Assembly (NCBI GenBank): GCA_965240325.2
Contig: OZ251235.1
Coordinates: forward strand, 372,001 to 436,000
Source: Rebecca billardiae RCC1528
Lineage: Eukaryota; Protista; Haptophyta
Direction: 5' to 3'
DNA: 64,000 nt
Of this stretch, positions 31,556-45,282 are shown piece by piece. The notes under the pieces are model-generated. The model was not told the DNA's origin. It searched no databases and saw only the letters and a program-made list of their open reading frames with translations. The translations under genes were made by a program, and so were the position numbers. The number at the start of each line of letters is the position of its first letter. Position 1 is the first letter of the stretch.

Positions 31556-34500
31556 ATGGAAGACACGCCGTCTGCGCGCTACGAGGCGCTCGTGCGCGAG
31601 TATGGCGGCACGCGCGTCATCAGGCGCGTGCTCATCGCAAACAATGGCATGGCGGCTACCAAGTTCATCCTCTCTGTCCGCCGCTGGCTGCACCTCACGT
31701 GCGGCGATTCGTCGCTCATCAAGCTGATCGGCATGGCGACGCCTGATGACATCAAGGCGAGTGCCAAGCACGTCTCGCTGGCGAATGTGATCGAAGAGGT
31801 GCGGGGCATGCCCGTTGCAGCCGCCACGCCCCCGGAGACGCCTCCACCCCCGCGGATTCCCCCCGCAGGCACGCGCTGACGCGTGCTGCCGCCGCCTACG
31901 CCGCGCGTCGTGGCTGCATGCGCCAGGTCCCCGCGGGCTCCAACGCGAACAACTACGCGAACGTGAATCTCATCATCAGCCTGGCCATCAAGCACAACGC
32001 GGATGCCATCTGGCCGGGCTGGGGCCATGCCTCCGAGAACCCGGCGCTGCCGCGTGCCGCGATGGAGGTGCGCGCCAGCAGCCTGCGCCTGCGCCCGGCC
32101 GCGCGCGGTGGCGCATGCCCTGCGCGCGCGCGCGCGCGCGCTGCTCGCTCTGCGCGGAGCCTCGGGCTGCGCAGGGCGTCGGTGTTGGCGAGTCTCATGC
32201 AAGCCGTGCGGCTCCTCGCCGCGCACACGCGCGAGCCTGGCCACGCGCCCGCGCCCCGAACGCCCCGCTCTGATCGCTGCGCGCCCTGCTGCCGCGCGCC
32301 GCCGCCGCCGCCGCCGCGCAGGCGGGCATCGCGTTCATCGGCCCGGACGAGCACGCGATGTTCATGCTGGGCGACAAGGTGGCGTCGACGATCATCGCGC
32401 AGACCGCGCGCGTGCCCTGCGTCGCGTGGTCCGGCTCGGGCCTCGTCCTCGACGTGGACGCGCGTGCCGAGGACGGGTGCGCGTTCGATGAGCGGCTGCT
32501 CGTGCCGGACGAGACGTTCCAGTCTGCGTGCGTGCACTCGGCGGAGGAGGCGCTGGAGGTGGCGGAGCGCGTGGGCTACCCGATCATGATCAAGGCGTCC
32601 GAGGGCGGCGGCGGCAAGGGCGTGCGCAAGGCGCTCGGCCCCGAGACCATCCCGCAGATGTACCGGCAGGTCGCGGACGAGGTGCGCGGCTCGCCCATCT
32701 TCCTGATGCGGCTGTGCCAGCGCGCGCGGCACATCGAGATCCAGCTGCTGTGCGACTCGCACGGCAACGTGTCGGTGCTCAGCGGGCGGGACTGCTCGAT
32801 GCAGCGCCGCTTCCAGAAGATCGTCGAGGAGGGCCCGCCCCGCTGCGTGCCCCCGCGCACCATGGCCTCGATGGAGCGCGCGGGGCAGCGGCTCGCCTCG
32901 CTGGTCGGGTACCAGAGCGCCGGCACCGTCGAGTTCCTGTACGTCGAGGAGTCGGACGAGTTCTTCTTCCTCGAGCTGAACCCGCGGCTGCAGGTGGAGC
33001 ACCCGGTGACGGAGGGCGTGACCGGGCTCAACCTGCCCTCGCTGCAGCTCCTCGCCGCGATGGGCTGCGACCTGCGCCGCATGCCGCGCGTGGCCGAGTT
33101 CATCGTCGACCGCTCGACCGCCGGGTCCGAGGGCGGCGCCGACCCCGACCCCGACTACGACCCCTTCGCCAAGGTGGCGGGGCGGCACGTGGTGGCGGCG
33201 CGGATCACGGCGGAGAACACGGCGGACGGGTGGAAGCCCACCGTCGGCGCGATCGCCGCCATCAACTTCCAGCCGCAGCCCGACGTGTGGGGCTACTTCT
33301 CCGTCGACGGCACGACGGCCGCGGTCCACCAGTTTGCGGACTCGCAGTTTGGGCACGTGTTCGCGACGGCGCCGACGCGCGCCGAGGCGATCCAGGCGAT
33401 GCTGCTCGGGCTCGACGGGCTGAGCGTGCGCGGCGAGGTGCGGACGAACGTGCTCCTCCTCAAGGAGCTCGTCTCCTCCGCCCAGTTCCGCGCCAACCGC
33501 GTCGACACCGCGTGGCTGGACGGCGTGATCGCGGCCGATCAGCAGCCGGTCGCCGGCCCGTCCGAAGAGACTGTGGCGATCTGCGGCGCGCTCATGAAGG
33601 CGTGGCAGCAGATCGAGGCGACGTGCGAGCGGATCTGCCACGAGTTCATCGACCGCGCCGCCCAGCCGCCCGAGCCGCTCGTCCAGTCCCTCGTCGAGCT
33701 CCGCGTCGACTTCGTCTGCAACCGCGTGCAGTACGCCCTCGAGGTGTACCGGCACGCGCCGACCATCTTCTCGGTCGCGGCCAACGGCTCGCTCGTGCAG
33801 GCGAAGCTGTACCCGATGGCGTCGGACGGGGCGTTCCTCGTGACGTACGGCGACACGAAGCGGACGGTGAGCGTGCAGGACGAGCCCGGCGGCGCGCTGC
33901 GCCTCACCATCGACGGCCACGTCGTCGTCGTCGAGAAGGAGAAGGACCCGTCGGTGCTGCCGACCGCGTACACGGGCAAGCTCACGCGCTTTCTCGTCGA
34001 GGACGGCGCGCACGTGGACAAGGGCGCGGCGTACGCGGAGATCGAGGTGATGAAGATGCTGTGCATGCTCAACGCGCCCGAGGCGGGCACCATCTCCGTC
34101 GAGCGCCCCGCCGGCTCCTTCGTCGAGTCCGGCGAGGTCATCGCCACGATGCGGCTGGACAACCCGAGCCTGGTCGAGCGGCCGACGCCGTTTGCGCGCT
34201 CGCTCGGCGAGTACGCGCCCATCATCGACGACGGCTCGTCGACGTTCGGCGGGTCGCTCTCGTACGCGCTGGGCGTGCTGCAGGCGCGGCTCGAGTGCAT
34301 CTTCGACGGCTACCTCGACAACGAGGAGGAGGTCATCATCCAGCTCCACGAGGTGCTCAACGACCCGAGCCTGCTGCAGCGCGAGCTGCTGGACACGCTG
34401 CGCCGCTGCGCCGCACAGCTGCCCAAGGTGCTCGTCGAGCAGATCGGCGCGCTGACGTCGGGCGCGCCGCCGTCGAGCCCGCCCACGCCGCCGGGCGCGC

Positions 34501-35417
34501 AGCTGCAGCCGCGCGCCGCCGACCTCGGCGCGCGCGTCCTCCAGCTCGTCCACTCGCACCGCGCCGCGCTCGAGGCTCGCGGCAGTGCGCACGGCTCCCA
34601 CACCAAGCACAAGCACGCGGGCGACGCCGCCGCCGAGGCCGCGGTCGTCGCGGAGGAGCTCGAGGCGGAGCTGGCGGAGTTCGACGCGCACGTCGCGCCG
34701 ATCGCGGAGTTCGGCAAGACGTACGCGCGCGGCATGCGCGCGCGCACCGCCGCGCTCGTCGAGCACTTCGTCTCGCGCTTCCTGCGCGTGGAGGAGCTCT
34801 ACAGCTCGACGCACACGATGGCGGCGCTGCTCGCGGCCGCGGACAACGAGCCGACCAAGCTCGTGCAGACGTTCCTGGCGCACTCGCAGCTCGAGCGGCG
34901 GCGCGCGACGCTGATGAGCCTGATCGACCTCTCCACCTCGCACACCGCCGCGGACGGCGCCTCCGTCCGCGACGACGGCGCCGACGGCGGCGACACGCGC
35001 ATCCACTTCCTGCGCGGCCTCGCCGCGCTCGAAGGCCTGCCTTACGCCAAGCTGCAGTCCAAGGCGAAGCAGCTGCTCGGCTCGATGACGGACGACATGG
35101 CGGCGCACATGACGAAGCAGCTGTACCCCTCGCTGCAGAGCCTCGCGGCGGGCACCCTCTCCGACGACGACGAGCGCGCCTTCACCCGCTCCCTCCGCGC
35201 GCACATGCACGTGGCGCAGGCGCTGCTGTTCAAGGCCTACGCCGAGTCCACGTCTGTGCTGCGCAAGGCGGTGGCGCGCACGCTCGTGCACCTGTGGTAC
35301 GGGCACACGGACGTGAGCAGCGTGCAGACGAAGACGTACTTCCGGCACGGGAAGGAGAAGTCCGTCGTCACGTGGGAGTACGACGCGCCCCCCGCCGGCG
35401 CCGGCGCGCCCAACGGC

Positions 35418-35448
<31 letters not shown>

Positions 35449-36260
35449 CGCGCAGCGTGCCGCCGTCGCCGCTCGCGCCGGGCGGCGCGGCGCGCGACCG
35501 CGAGAGCGGCGTGCTCGTCTTCTTCTCGACGCGCGAGGACATGGAGGCGCACTTCGCGTGGCTGTGCACGTGCATCTCCGGCGTCGAGCCCTCCAAGGCG
35601 CGCGCCAAGGCCTCCGCCTCCACCTCCTCGATGACGCGCACCCTCTCGTCGAAGGCGCTCAACAAGTCGCCGAGCGCAGCGGAGGTGGCGCTCGCCGCGC
35701 AGGGGAGCTTCAGCGCGGGCGGCGGGCCGAAGCGCACGGTGCACGTGGTGATCATGGCGGACATCGCGGCGGAGCACAAGTGGAAGCTCGTCCGGCGCGG
35801 CGCCGCCGCCTCCGCCTCGTACGACTCCTTCGACGACTCGGGGTCGGCCAAGTACTTCCAGGAGTTCACGCGCGCGCACGCGGCGTCTCTGCGCGCGCTC
35901 GACGCGGGCGTGTGCTCGGTGACGATCCCGACGCCGACGCGCGACGCGGCGGACGTGGAGGCGCTGATGAGCATGGTGGTCACGCCCACGTACTCGTACA
36001 CCCTCCCCGACTTCGAGGAGGTCTCGCTCTGGCGCCACATCCTGCCGCAGTTCGTGCCGTGGCTGGAGCTCGAGCGTCTCTCGTCATTCGAGATCAAGCA
36101 TGAGCAGCTGCCGACGCACCCGCTCATCCACGTGTTCGTGGGCACGGCGAAGCAGCAGGCGCAGGACCGGAGGCTGTTCGTGCGCGCGGCCTCGCTCGCC
36201 GACACGCAGGCCGCGCGCGCCGCCACCGCCGGCCGGCCGCGCGGCGGCTCGATCGGCGGC

Positions 36261-36291
<31 letters not shown>

Positions 36292-39200
36292 GCGGCGCGC
36301 AGGCGGTCGGCGCCGCCGAGCAGCGCGGCTCGTCGGCATCGCTCTTCGAGGAGACGCCGCCGCCGCTCTCGCCGGGGCTCGCGGCGATCGAGGCGTCGGC
36401 CGACGGCGGCGGCGCGTCGGACGAGCGCGCCGCCATCGGCGCGCTCAAGTCGCTCCTGGAGAGCGTGCACCCGTCGCTCACCGCGGCCAAGGCGGCGCAC
36501 TACTCGAGTGTGCACGTCTTCCTGCACCACCGCCAGCCGCTGGCGCTCGCGCTCGAGCCGGCGGTGGCGACGCTGAACAAGGCGCTGCGGCACGAGCTCG
36601 CGCTGCCGGACAACTCGATGCTCGAGCTCGAGGTGCGCCTCGCGCACACCGAGCTCATGGCGCCGCTCGCGCTCGGCGCGCGCGGCGGCGCGCTCGGCGG
36701 CGGCCCGCACCTCGCGCCCCCCGGCGGCGGCGGCGGCGGCGGCGGCGGCGCGGCGAGCGCGCTGCGCGTGCTCGCGCGCTGGTCGCACATGCTGCAGATC
36801 TCGGTGTACCAGGAGATCACGCAGCGCGACGCCGACGGCGCCGACACGCCCGCCACGCTCTCCCACCTCGCCTCGGAGCCCAAGACGGGCGCGCCCGCGC
36901 TCGAGGGCGCGTCCGCGTGCGCGCCGTACCGGCTGCTGTCGGTCATCGACCAGCGGCGGATGCGCTGCCACAAGCTGGGCACGACGTACGCGTACGACCT
37001 GCTCGAGCTCTTCTCCACCGCCGTGCGCCAGCAGTGGGACGACGCGCTCAAGCGCGGCCAGGCCAAGCCCGCCGACGTGCCCGCGCGCCTCACGTCGGCG
37101 ACCGAGCTGGTGCTCACGCGCTCGGGCGCGCTGCAGCCGCTGCCGGCGCCGCGCGAGGGCGGCGAGAACTCGATCGGGATGCTGGCGTGGCGGATGACGA
37201 TGTGCACGCCGGAGTACCCCGCCGGGCGCGACGTGATCCTCATCGCCAACGACGTCTCCGTGCAGAACGGCACCTTCGGCCCGAAGGAGGACGAGGTGTT
37301 CAAGCAGGCGTCTGCGCTCGCGCGCGCGCACAAGCTGCCGCGCGTGTACATTGCCGCCAACTCGGGCGCGCGCTTCGGGCTGTCCGAGACGGTGAAGCAG
37401 CGCTTCCGCGTGGAGTGGGTGGACTGGGACGACCCGAACAAGGGCGTCAAGTACCTCTACCTCACGCCCAAGGACAAGGAGGCCCTCGGCGACGCCGTCG
37501 TCACGCAGGAGGTGCGCGTGCGCGTGCACAAGGCGAGGCGCGCCTTCCAGCTCGGCGACCGCGGCTTTGAGAGCGACGACGACGGCGCAGCCGAGGCGGC
37601 GGAGGAGGTGCAGCACAAGATCCTGGCGATCATCGGCTCGGAGGAGGGCCTCGGCGTGGAGTGCCTGCAGGGCTCGGGCATGATCGCCGCCGAGACCGCC
37701 CTCGCCAATCGCGAGATCTTCACAATCGCACTCTCAACCTCGCGCAACATCGGCATCGGCTCGTACGTGCTGCGGCTCGGGCAGCGGATCGTGCAGCACC
37801 GCACCGCGCCCATCATCCTCACCGGGCACTCGGCGCTGAACAAGCTGCTCGGGAACAACGTGTACGAGTCCAACCTGCAGCTCGGCGGGCCCGAGGTGAT
37901 GGCAAACAACGGCATCTCCCACGCCGTGGTCGACTCGGATCTCGAGGGCGTCGCCTCGATCGTCAAGTGGCTGGGCTACGTGCCGTGCACCGCGCACGCG
38001 CCGCCCGCCTGCCTCCCCATCACCGACCCGGTCGACCGGCCGATCACCTTTGTGCGCGCCGCGCGTGCACGCGCGCCGCTCTCTCTCGCGCGCGCACGGC
38101 CGCGCGCGCGGCGCTCATCCGCGCCGCGCCGCCGCCGCCGCCGCCTGCGCGCCCCGCGGCGCGCAGGCGCCCACCGAGGGCGAGCTGTACGACCCGCGCT
38201 GCCTGCTGCGCGGCGACGCGGACACGCTCGGCCTCTTCGACGCCGGCTCCTTCACCGAGAGCCTGGCGGACTGGGCGCGCACCGTCGTCGTCGGCCGCGC
38301 GCGGCTCGGAGGTGCGGCGGGGCGCGCGCGCGCGCACCCGAGCTGCTTGGCGCGAGCGCGGGCGGCCGGCGAGAGTCGGCCGGCCAGGCCGATCAGCGCC
38401 GCGCTCGCGCGCCCCGCGTGCGCTGCCCGGCGCGGCCGCGGCGCGCGGTGGCCCTCCCCTCGGCTCGGCTCGCGGCGGTGCGCTCACGCGCCCGGCGCGC
38501 CGCCGCCGCCGCGCGCACCGCGCAGGCATGCCGGTCGGCGTGATCGCGACTGAGAACCGTCTTGTGATGAAGACAGTGCTCGCCGACCCCGCCAACATGA
38601 ACAGCCGCGAGGAGCAAGTCGCGCAGGCGGGGCAGGTGCGCGCGCGCCCGTCTCGCCCGCGCTCGCTTGCTTCCCCCCTTCTCGCGCGCGCCGCCCCCCG
38701 TGCGCGGCCCCTCCGCCGTCGGCGTGCGTGCGGTGCCGTGCGGTGCGCGCCCGCGCTGACGGCGCGCCGCGCGCGCCGCGCCGCCCGCTTGCCCGCAGGT
38801 GTGGTTCCCGGACTCGGCGTACAAGACGGCGCAGGCCATCCACGACTTCAACCACGGCGAGCGGCTGCCGCTCATCCTGCTCGCCAACTGGCGCGGCTTC
38901 TCGGGCGGCCGCAAGGACATGTTCGAGGAGGTCCTCAAGTTCGGCTCATACATCGTCGAGAACCTGACGACGTACGAGCAGCCCGTGATCGTGTACATCC
39001 CGCCCGGCGCAGAGGTGCGCGGCGGCGCGTGGGTGGTGATCGACCCGATGATCAACCCGCGCGTGATGGAGATGTACGCCGACCCGAGCGCGCGCGGCGG
39101 CGTGCTCGAGCCCGCCGGCATCGCCGAGATCAAGTTCCGCCGGCCGGAGGTGGTGAAGGCTATGCACCGGCTCGACCCGCAGCTGCAGTGGATGCGCATG

Positions 39201-39632
39201 AACACCGCGCCCTCCGTCATCTCCAAGGAGGACATCTCCGGGTACGAGGCCGAGCTCATGCCCGCGTACGCGCCGCTCGGCGAGGTGTTCGCAGACCTGC
39301 ACGACCGGCCGGAGCGCATGCTCGCCAAGGGCGTCATCCGCAAGGTGGTGCCGTGGCGGGATGCGCGCCGCCACTTCTACTGGCGGCTGCGCCGCCGGAT
39401 GGCTGAGCTGCCCCTGCAGCGCCGCGTCGAGGCGCGCGCGCCCACGCTCGCACACAAGGAGGTCGCGGCCCTCGTCGCGCGCACACTCGTGGACGGCGCG
39501 TCGCTCAGCAGCGGTGATCTCGACGACGACGAGCGCGTGTGCGCCTGCCTCGACTCGCTGGCCGACAGCGAGCTGCTCACCTCGACCCTCGATGAGCTCG
39601 TCGATGAACGGCGCGCCGGCGGAGATGAGTGA
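31556..39632 (+). CDS. ACC1: Homomeric acetyl-CoA carboxylase; exons 31556-31798, 31927-32067, 32322-38051, 38167-38311, 38526-38635, 38799-39632
   Basis: BC motifs [39 protein letters not shown]; biotin site EVMKM; CT motifs [30 protein letters not shown]; all introns GT-AG and frame-restoring. Confidence 0.97.
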
Positions 39633-39874
39633 GCCGGGTGATTGCGACGCGGAACGTGTACCCTAGCTGCTGCCGTCGCGGCGTCGCCGCGTCTTCGTAC
39701 GGAGTTCGCTCGTCGCTATCTGCTCGCGACATCACATCAGTGCAATGTCGGCGTGCGCCGGCCCTGTGACTTTTGCAGTAGGCATCTGTAGTGTCGCACG
39801 GCAACTCCCCCGCCTGCCCGCTACTCTGTACTCACTCCCCGGGGCCCGGCGGCACGTACAGTCTCATATATATA

Positions 39875-40587
<713 letters not shown>

Positions 40588-40591
40588 ATGA

Positions 40592-41290
40592 TTAACGACG
40601 TGGTATGCCGAACCGGCAGGCGTCAGAGTCAGCAAGCTGTAGCAGCAGATCCGGAGCAGCAGAGACAAACAACGACAGGATCAGCGCTCCTCGCCGTCGT
40701 CCCCCCCTTGTAGTCGCCCATCATGCGCCCATCACTCCATCGCCGAGCGGAAGCTCGACGCACCGTCTGTCTCAGTCTGGCGTCGACGCGCGCGCGCCAC
40801 CGCGGTGGTCGCGGTGCCACGCGTCGTCAGCCGTCGTCTCGAAGTAGTCGTCGTATGCAGCGCCCCCGCGGGCGCGTGCCCCCGAGCGCACATGCGCCAT
40901 GCGCGCGCGGGCGATGAGCATCTTGGCCTGGCCACGCAGGCAGCGCATGCCCAGCTCGCGCCGCATCGGCGCATGGTGCCGAGCAGCGCGCGCTCGGCGG
41001 CGGGGCGCGAGGGGGCGGCGAGGGCGCGCTGAGGCGCGCGCGCCACGTGTCCCGCCCCATCTTGGCGATCTTCTTGAGGGTGAGGTCCACCTAGCCGCGC
41101 TCCACTCGCCGAACGCCCCCACGACAATCGGGACGATCGCGGGGAAGGTGTCGAGCCGCGCCTCGTATGGGCCCACCTGGCCCTCAAGGCCTCAAGTTGC
41201 GTGCCCGGTAGTGAGTACGGAGTGTACGGACCCCAAGAGGCAAGACGGAAGAGTCGGAACGGACGGTCCGGCATCTCGGGTCGTCGAAAT
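40592..41290 (-). mobile_element. 5'-truncated, frameshifted CRE-like (RLE) non-LTR retrotransposon remnant
   Basis: GPYEARLDTFPAIVPIVVGAFGEWS, LKKIAKMG..W and RRELGMRCLRGQAKMLIAR resemble the C-terminus of RLE-type ORFs; 3' end motif adjoins a TA array. Confidence 0.65.
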
Positions 41291-41352
41291 AATAAGGCTA
41301 TAAGCCGCAGTCATCGAATAAAACCCGAGACCCGGCGCATGATTAATGATTA

Positions 41353-43203
41353 TGGCGCACGGCCCCCCCGAAAGGTCTGAGCGTGAGCGAAAGCCGGGGG
41401 GGGCGGCGCACGTGCTCCGCAAAATCAAAAAAGAGGATGCGCGCAGGATTTGGGGGATTTTTGTAGGTGGATTTAGGTGTGAAATCCGCATTTGACTCGA
41501 TATCGCTGCTCATGATTGCGTTTGTACTGCTCCTTAATCCTTGGATAGTAAGTAATAGAAGAAATCGAACTCGAATAGGACAAAGGCGTCTGCATCTTTC
41601 TGATAATTATGGTGGGCCGTTCGTTGTTCTCCTGCTGATATACTTTTGGTTTGCTGATTCCAATTCAAAGAGTAAAGTATCGTCTCCTATTATCCTTCTC
41701 CTCTGAAGAGAACCACACTTCAGCAAAAACAACGTTTCAGTATCAACGTATTATGGCACGACGTTCGTCATCGCGGCTCGTTTGTCTATTGGTACCCGCG
41801 AAATGAACCCTGCCAGATCTTCGCCTAATCAAAAACGCCTAGGCACGCGTTTTCGCACCGTTTCGCCGTACCATTTATGAGATTAACTTATAATTATACA
41901 AACTTACAAAAACGGCGGTTCGCTTCGACCAGAATATATGCGCCCGTGCGGGCGTGGCCGACTAAGTGATATGACCAAATGAGGGAATCTTACCCGTAAG
42001 CGTTATTTGGCGGCCCCGGCACACGCCGAGCGACCGAGGGCGATCGGAGGCTCAAAGCCGAAAAGGCTCTCGTTTTGCGTGCCGGTGCGCGCGACTCAGC
42101 GCAGGTGCGCGCACTGCAGCTGCGGCGGGTCCCAACAGCCGTCGGCATCGCATTCGTGCCTCGCTCACCCCACGCGCCCCGCCCTGCCATGCGTCTTCGG
42201 CCCAAAGTGTACACCCCGCCCGGCCCGCGGCGTCGGCGCCCGCCGACGAAGTACGTTCACGAACACGGCCATCGGACTGCCGCGCCGCGCAGGTGACTCG
42301 ACCTCGAGCGAGCCTGGGGCGTGGAGGCGACCGACGGCGGGGTGCGACTTGCCCACCGACCCGAGCTGCATCACCCAGCGCAGCTTCGCCCGCGACGATG
42401 CTTCGCCTGGCTACCACTGCTCAGCCTCGTTACCCACCGGCTGTGATGGCGACGCTGTCTGTCCGCGCGGCGTGCGGCGGCGCGCAGGCAGGGAGAGCGG
42501 CAGCCCGGGGCACCGAGCCGCAGGACGAGCTCTTGCTGGAGGACTCGCCCGAGCGCGCGTTCGCGCGCTTGCACACCGCGCTGCGCACCATGCACGACCA
42601 GCGCGTCCTGCGCTTCTACACGCAGAACGACTCGTCGTGGACGATCGATCACGGGACATTGGCCTGCTGCAGTCGCAGTATCGGCGCACGTGCTGCACGC
42701 GACCTCGCAGCGCGCGTGGCCCGCATTCGAGGGGAAGACGCCGAGGGCGTGCAAGGAGCGGCTGCTGCGGCTGCGGGACATCGTAGACAGGCTCGAGCCG
42801 CGGCTGCTCGCGACGCTCTTCCCCGCCGACGCCGACGACGAGCTGCGCGAGCTTGTCCGACGCTGCGCCGATCCCGCCGGCGCGCCAGGCTGTGCGAGGC
42901 TGACGGACGGGCTGCCGAGCGCGATCTCCTCAGCGCTGCGCGCGGCCACAGCAGGGCTGCCCGAAGCGCACCGGGCGGAGGCGCTGCGGCTGCTGCGCGT
43001 CGAGTTCGACACGGCCCAGCCCCCCGAGGCCGTCGATCGAGTCCGGATTACTCGCGCCCGCGCCTCCTGCACGGCGACGGCGCCGGGCGCGCGCATCGTA
43101 GTGATAAATTCGTCACAGTGATTCGGTGAAGAACGCGACAACTACCAGGGCCGTGCGCCATCAACTTCGTTGTTCACTACCCGAAGATCGGCGTAGCCGA
43201 TCA
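41353..43203 (+). mobile_element. Helitron2/Helentron-like non-autonomous element, copy A
   Basis: 5' IR TGGCGCACGGCCC, subterminal 3' IR at 43148-43160, hairpin GATCGGC-GTA-GCCGATC at 43186-43202, no TSD; both ends shared with copy B. Confidence 0.7.
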
Positions 43204-43263
43204 GAATGATATATATGATTACAATAATAAAGCTGCATGCTGCAACGGGCAACTCGTGCTTCA

Positions 43264-45282
43264 TCACAGGACTGGCATCGGCGCCCGACGGAGCCCTGCG
43301 GGCGCCGGGAGGGCGAACCGCTCCGGCTCGGCTGAGTCGTCATGGCCAAGGGCGGGGCTCAACCCGGCGATCAGCTCGTTGGCGTCGTCCTCGCCCATGT
43401 TGAGCCGCTTGCGTGGCGGCGCGCCAAGCGAGGAGCCGACAGGCGAGAGCAGAGGCCCTGCGTCCGCGCCACCGAGCTGCCCTGGGTCGCCGCCGCCGCC
43501 GCCGACCGGCGCTCGGCCCACGGGCGCGACGAGCCCCGCGCGCCTCGACGACGGCGGCGCGGGCGCGGGCGCGCGAACACGATACAGCGCGCCGTCCGCG
43601 CCGTCCGCGCCGTCCGGCTCGGCGGCCAGCTCGCCGTGCGCGCCACCGCCGGCGCGGAACACGCGTGGCGGCACGAGCTTGATGCGCCCCGGGCGCATTG
43701 CGCTGCCTGGCCGGCCCCGTGTGCTCCGCACCCATCCTGTGGGTCCGCCAGCGCCCGGCTCGGCGGCGGCCGGCACTGGCCTAGGCGCGGCCGTCGCGAG
43801 CGGGCCGCCGCCGCCGCCGCCGAGCTTCGCGCCCGCGCGCGCCGCGGCAGCCGCGGCCGCACCCCGCGCCTGTGACGCCGGGGGGCCGAAGCTCCCGTTG
43901 TCCTGCCCGCCCCCGCCCCCGCTGCTCTCGCGCCTGAGGCTGTGGCGCGCGCTGCCGCCAAAACTGCCCTCTCGCGCGAGGCTGCGGGCAGGATGCTCCT
44001 CCGCGTGCACGGGCGTGTGCACGGGCCTGCGCGGCGGTCCGCTGCCCCTGATGGGCGGCGTGACGGGCCGAAGCACCTCGGGCGAGGCGGGCAGCGGGGG
44101 CGAGGGCACCGCCGCGGCGGCGCTCGGCACCACGACGACGGTGAGCTCGTCCGCCCCCTCCTCCCGCTCAGCGCCGCTCTCAATCGACGGCAGCCGCCGC
44201 CCGCGATCAAATGCGCGCTTCACGCGGTCGGCGGCGCTCGTGTAGTACGAGCCCGCCGCGGCCCTCGCGCCCGTCGCCACGCCACCGCTCGAGCGCCGCG
44301 TGCTCGTGGGCGCGCCGCCGACGGGCGGCAGCGCCGGCCCGAGCAGGTCGTAGCGCACGCGCTCGAGTCCGCCTCGCGGCGCGGCCGCGCGCCTGCGCGT
44401 GCCGCCCTCGAGCGCGCGCGGCTGCGCGCGCAGCGCCTCCGCGAGCTGTCGCGCCGCGCGGCCGCGCGCGTGCGCCTGCAGCCGCCGGGCCGCCGCGTGC
44501 TGCGCCAGCCTGCGCTCCACGATGGCGTTCACCGCCGAGAGGTCGGCGATGATCGGCCCGCCCTGCGTCGGCTCGGCGGCGGTGAGCGAGCCGAGCACGG
44601 AGCCGGCGAGCCGCTCGCCCGACGCGTCGCGCTCGAGGCAGAGGTGCATGTTCGCCAGCGCGCCCGCGGCGAAGGAGCGCACGCCCTCGGCCGGGTGCGA
44701 GAGCAGCGTGCGCAGCAGCGTGTGCCCCTTGCGCTTCGCCAGCGCCGCGCACGCGTCGGCGTTGTTGAAGGTGAGGTTCTGCAGCGCGGCGAGGACCTGC
44801 GTGAGCGTGATCGCCTCGGGGTCGAACTCGTGCTCGAGCGACTCGGTGGTCGTGAAGCCCTGGCTGCTGATGCCGTCGCGGCAGCGCTTGCGCGCCGCCT
44901 GCAGCAGCACGCCCGGCGCGCGCGCCCCGAGCAGCAGCTCCTGCCCGTGCTCGTCGAACGCGAGGTTGGCGAGAACGACCGACGCGTAGATCACGCAGTG
45001 CAGGTCGGAGAGGCGCAGCAGCGGCATCACGTGCTGCAGCGTCGAGGGCGGCAGCGCGTGCGCCACCTTGCGCACATCCTCCCTCGAGCACGTCTCCGCG
45101 AGCGCGTGGCACACGCTGCGGCGCACCTCGGGCTCGCGTGCGCGCGCGAGGGCCTGCGAGAAGCTAAACAGCCGCTCGTGCAGGCCGGCGACCTCGTAAG
45201 CTGGCGTGCCCGGCAAGCTCGCGTGCTGCGTGCTCGCCTGCGAGAGCGCGTCGCTCTCGCAGCTGGATTGCGGCATCTGCAT
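43264..45282 (-). CDS. Armadillo-repeat protein with an IQ-like motif and a low-complexity tail
   Basis: ARM-like YASVVLANLA, VLAALQNLT and FAAGALANM; IQ-like AAARRLQAHARGRAAR. Confidence 0.75.
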   Translation of the reverse strand: MQMPQSSCESDALSQASTQHASLPGTPAYEVAGLHERLFSFSQALARAREPEVRRSVCHALAETCSREDVRKVAHALPPSTLQHVMPLLRLSDLHCVIYASVVLANLAFDEHGQELLLGARAPGVLLQAARKRCRDGISSQGFTTTESLEHEFDPEAITLTQVLAALQNLTFNNADACAALAKRKGHTLLRTLLSHPAEGVRSFAAGALANMHLCLERDASGERLAGSVLGSLTAAEPTQGGPIIADLSAVNAIVERRLAQHAAARRLQAHARGRAARQLAEALRAQPRALEGGTRRRAAAPRGGLERVRYDLLGPALPPVGGAPTSTRRSSGGVATGARAAAGSYYTSAADRVKRAFDRGRRLPSIESGAEREEGADELTVVVVPSAAAAVPSPPLPASPEVLRPVTPPIRGSGPPRRPVHTPVHAEEHPARSLAREGSFGGSARHSLRRESSGGGGGQDNGSFGPPASQARGAAAAAAARAGAKLGGGGGGPLATAAPRPVPAAAEPGAGGPTGWVRSTRGRPGSAMRPGRIKLVPPRVFRAGGGAHGELAAEPDGADGADGALYRVRAPAPAPPSSRRAGLVAPVGRAPVGGGGGDPGQLGGADAGPLLSPVGSSLGAPPRKRLNMGEDDANELIAGLSPALGHDDSAEPERFALPAPAGLRRAPMPVL

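Noticed and set aside
31953-36103. Long antisense and alternate-frame ORFs over ACC1 (also over RRN3, the copia and the giant gene)
   Set aside because: Expected from stop-codon scarcity at very high GC; no recognisable motifs
41361-41403. Hammerhead-like CTGA...GAAA pattern
   Set aside because: The core reads CTGAGCG rather than CTGANGA and the three stems cannot be assembled; better explained as a terminal DNA hairpin
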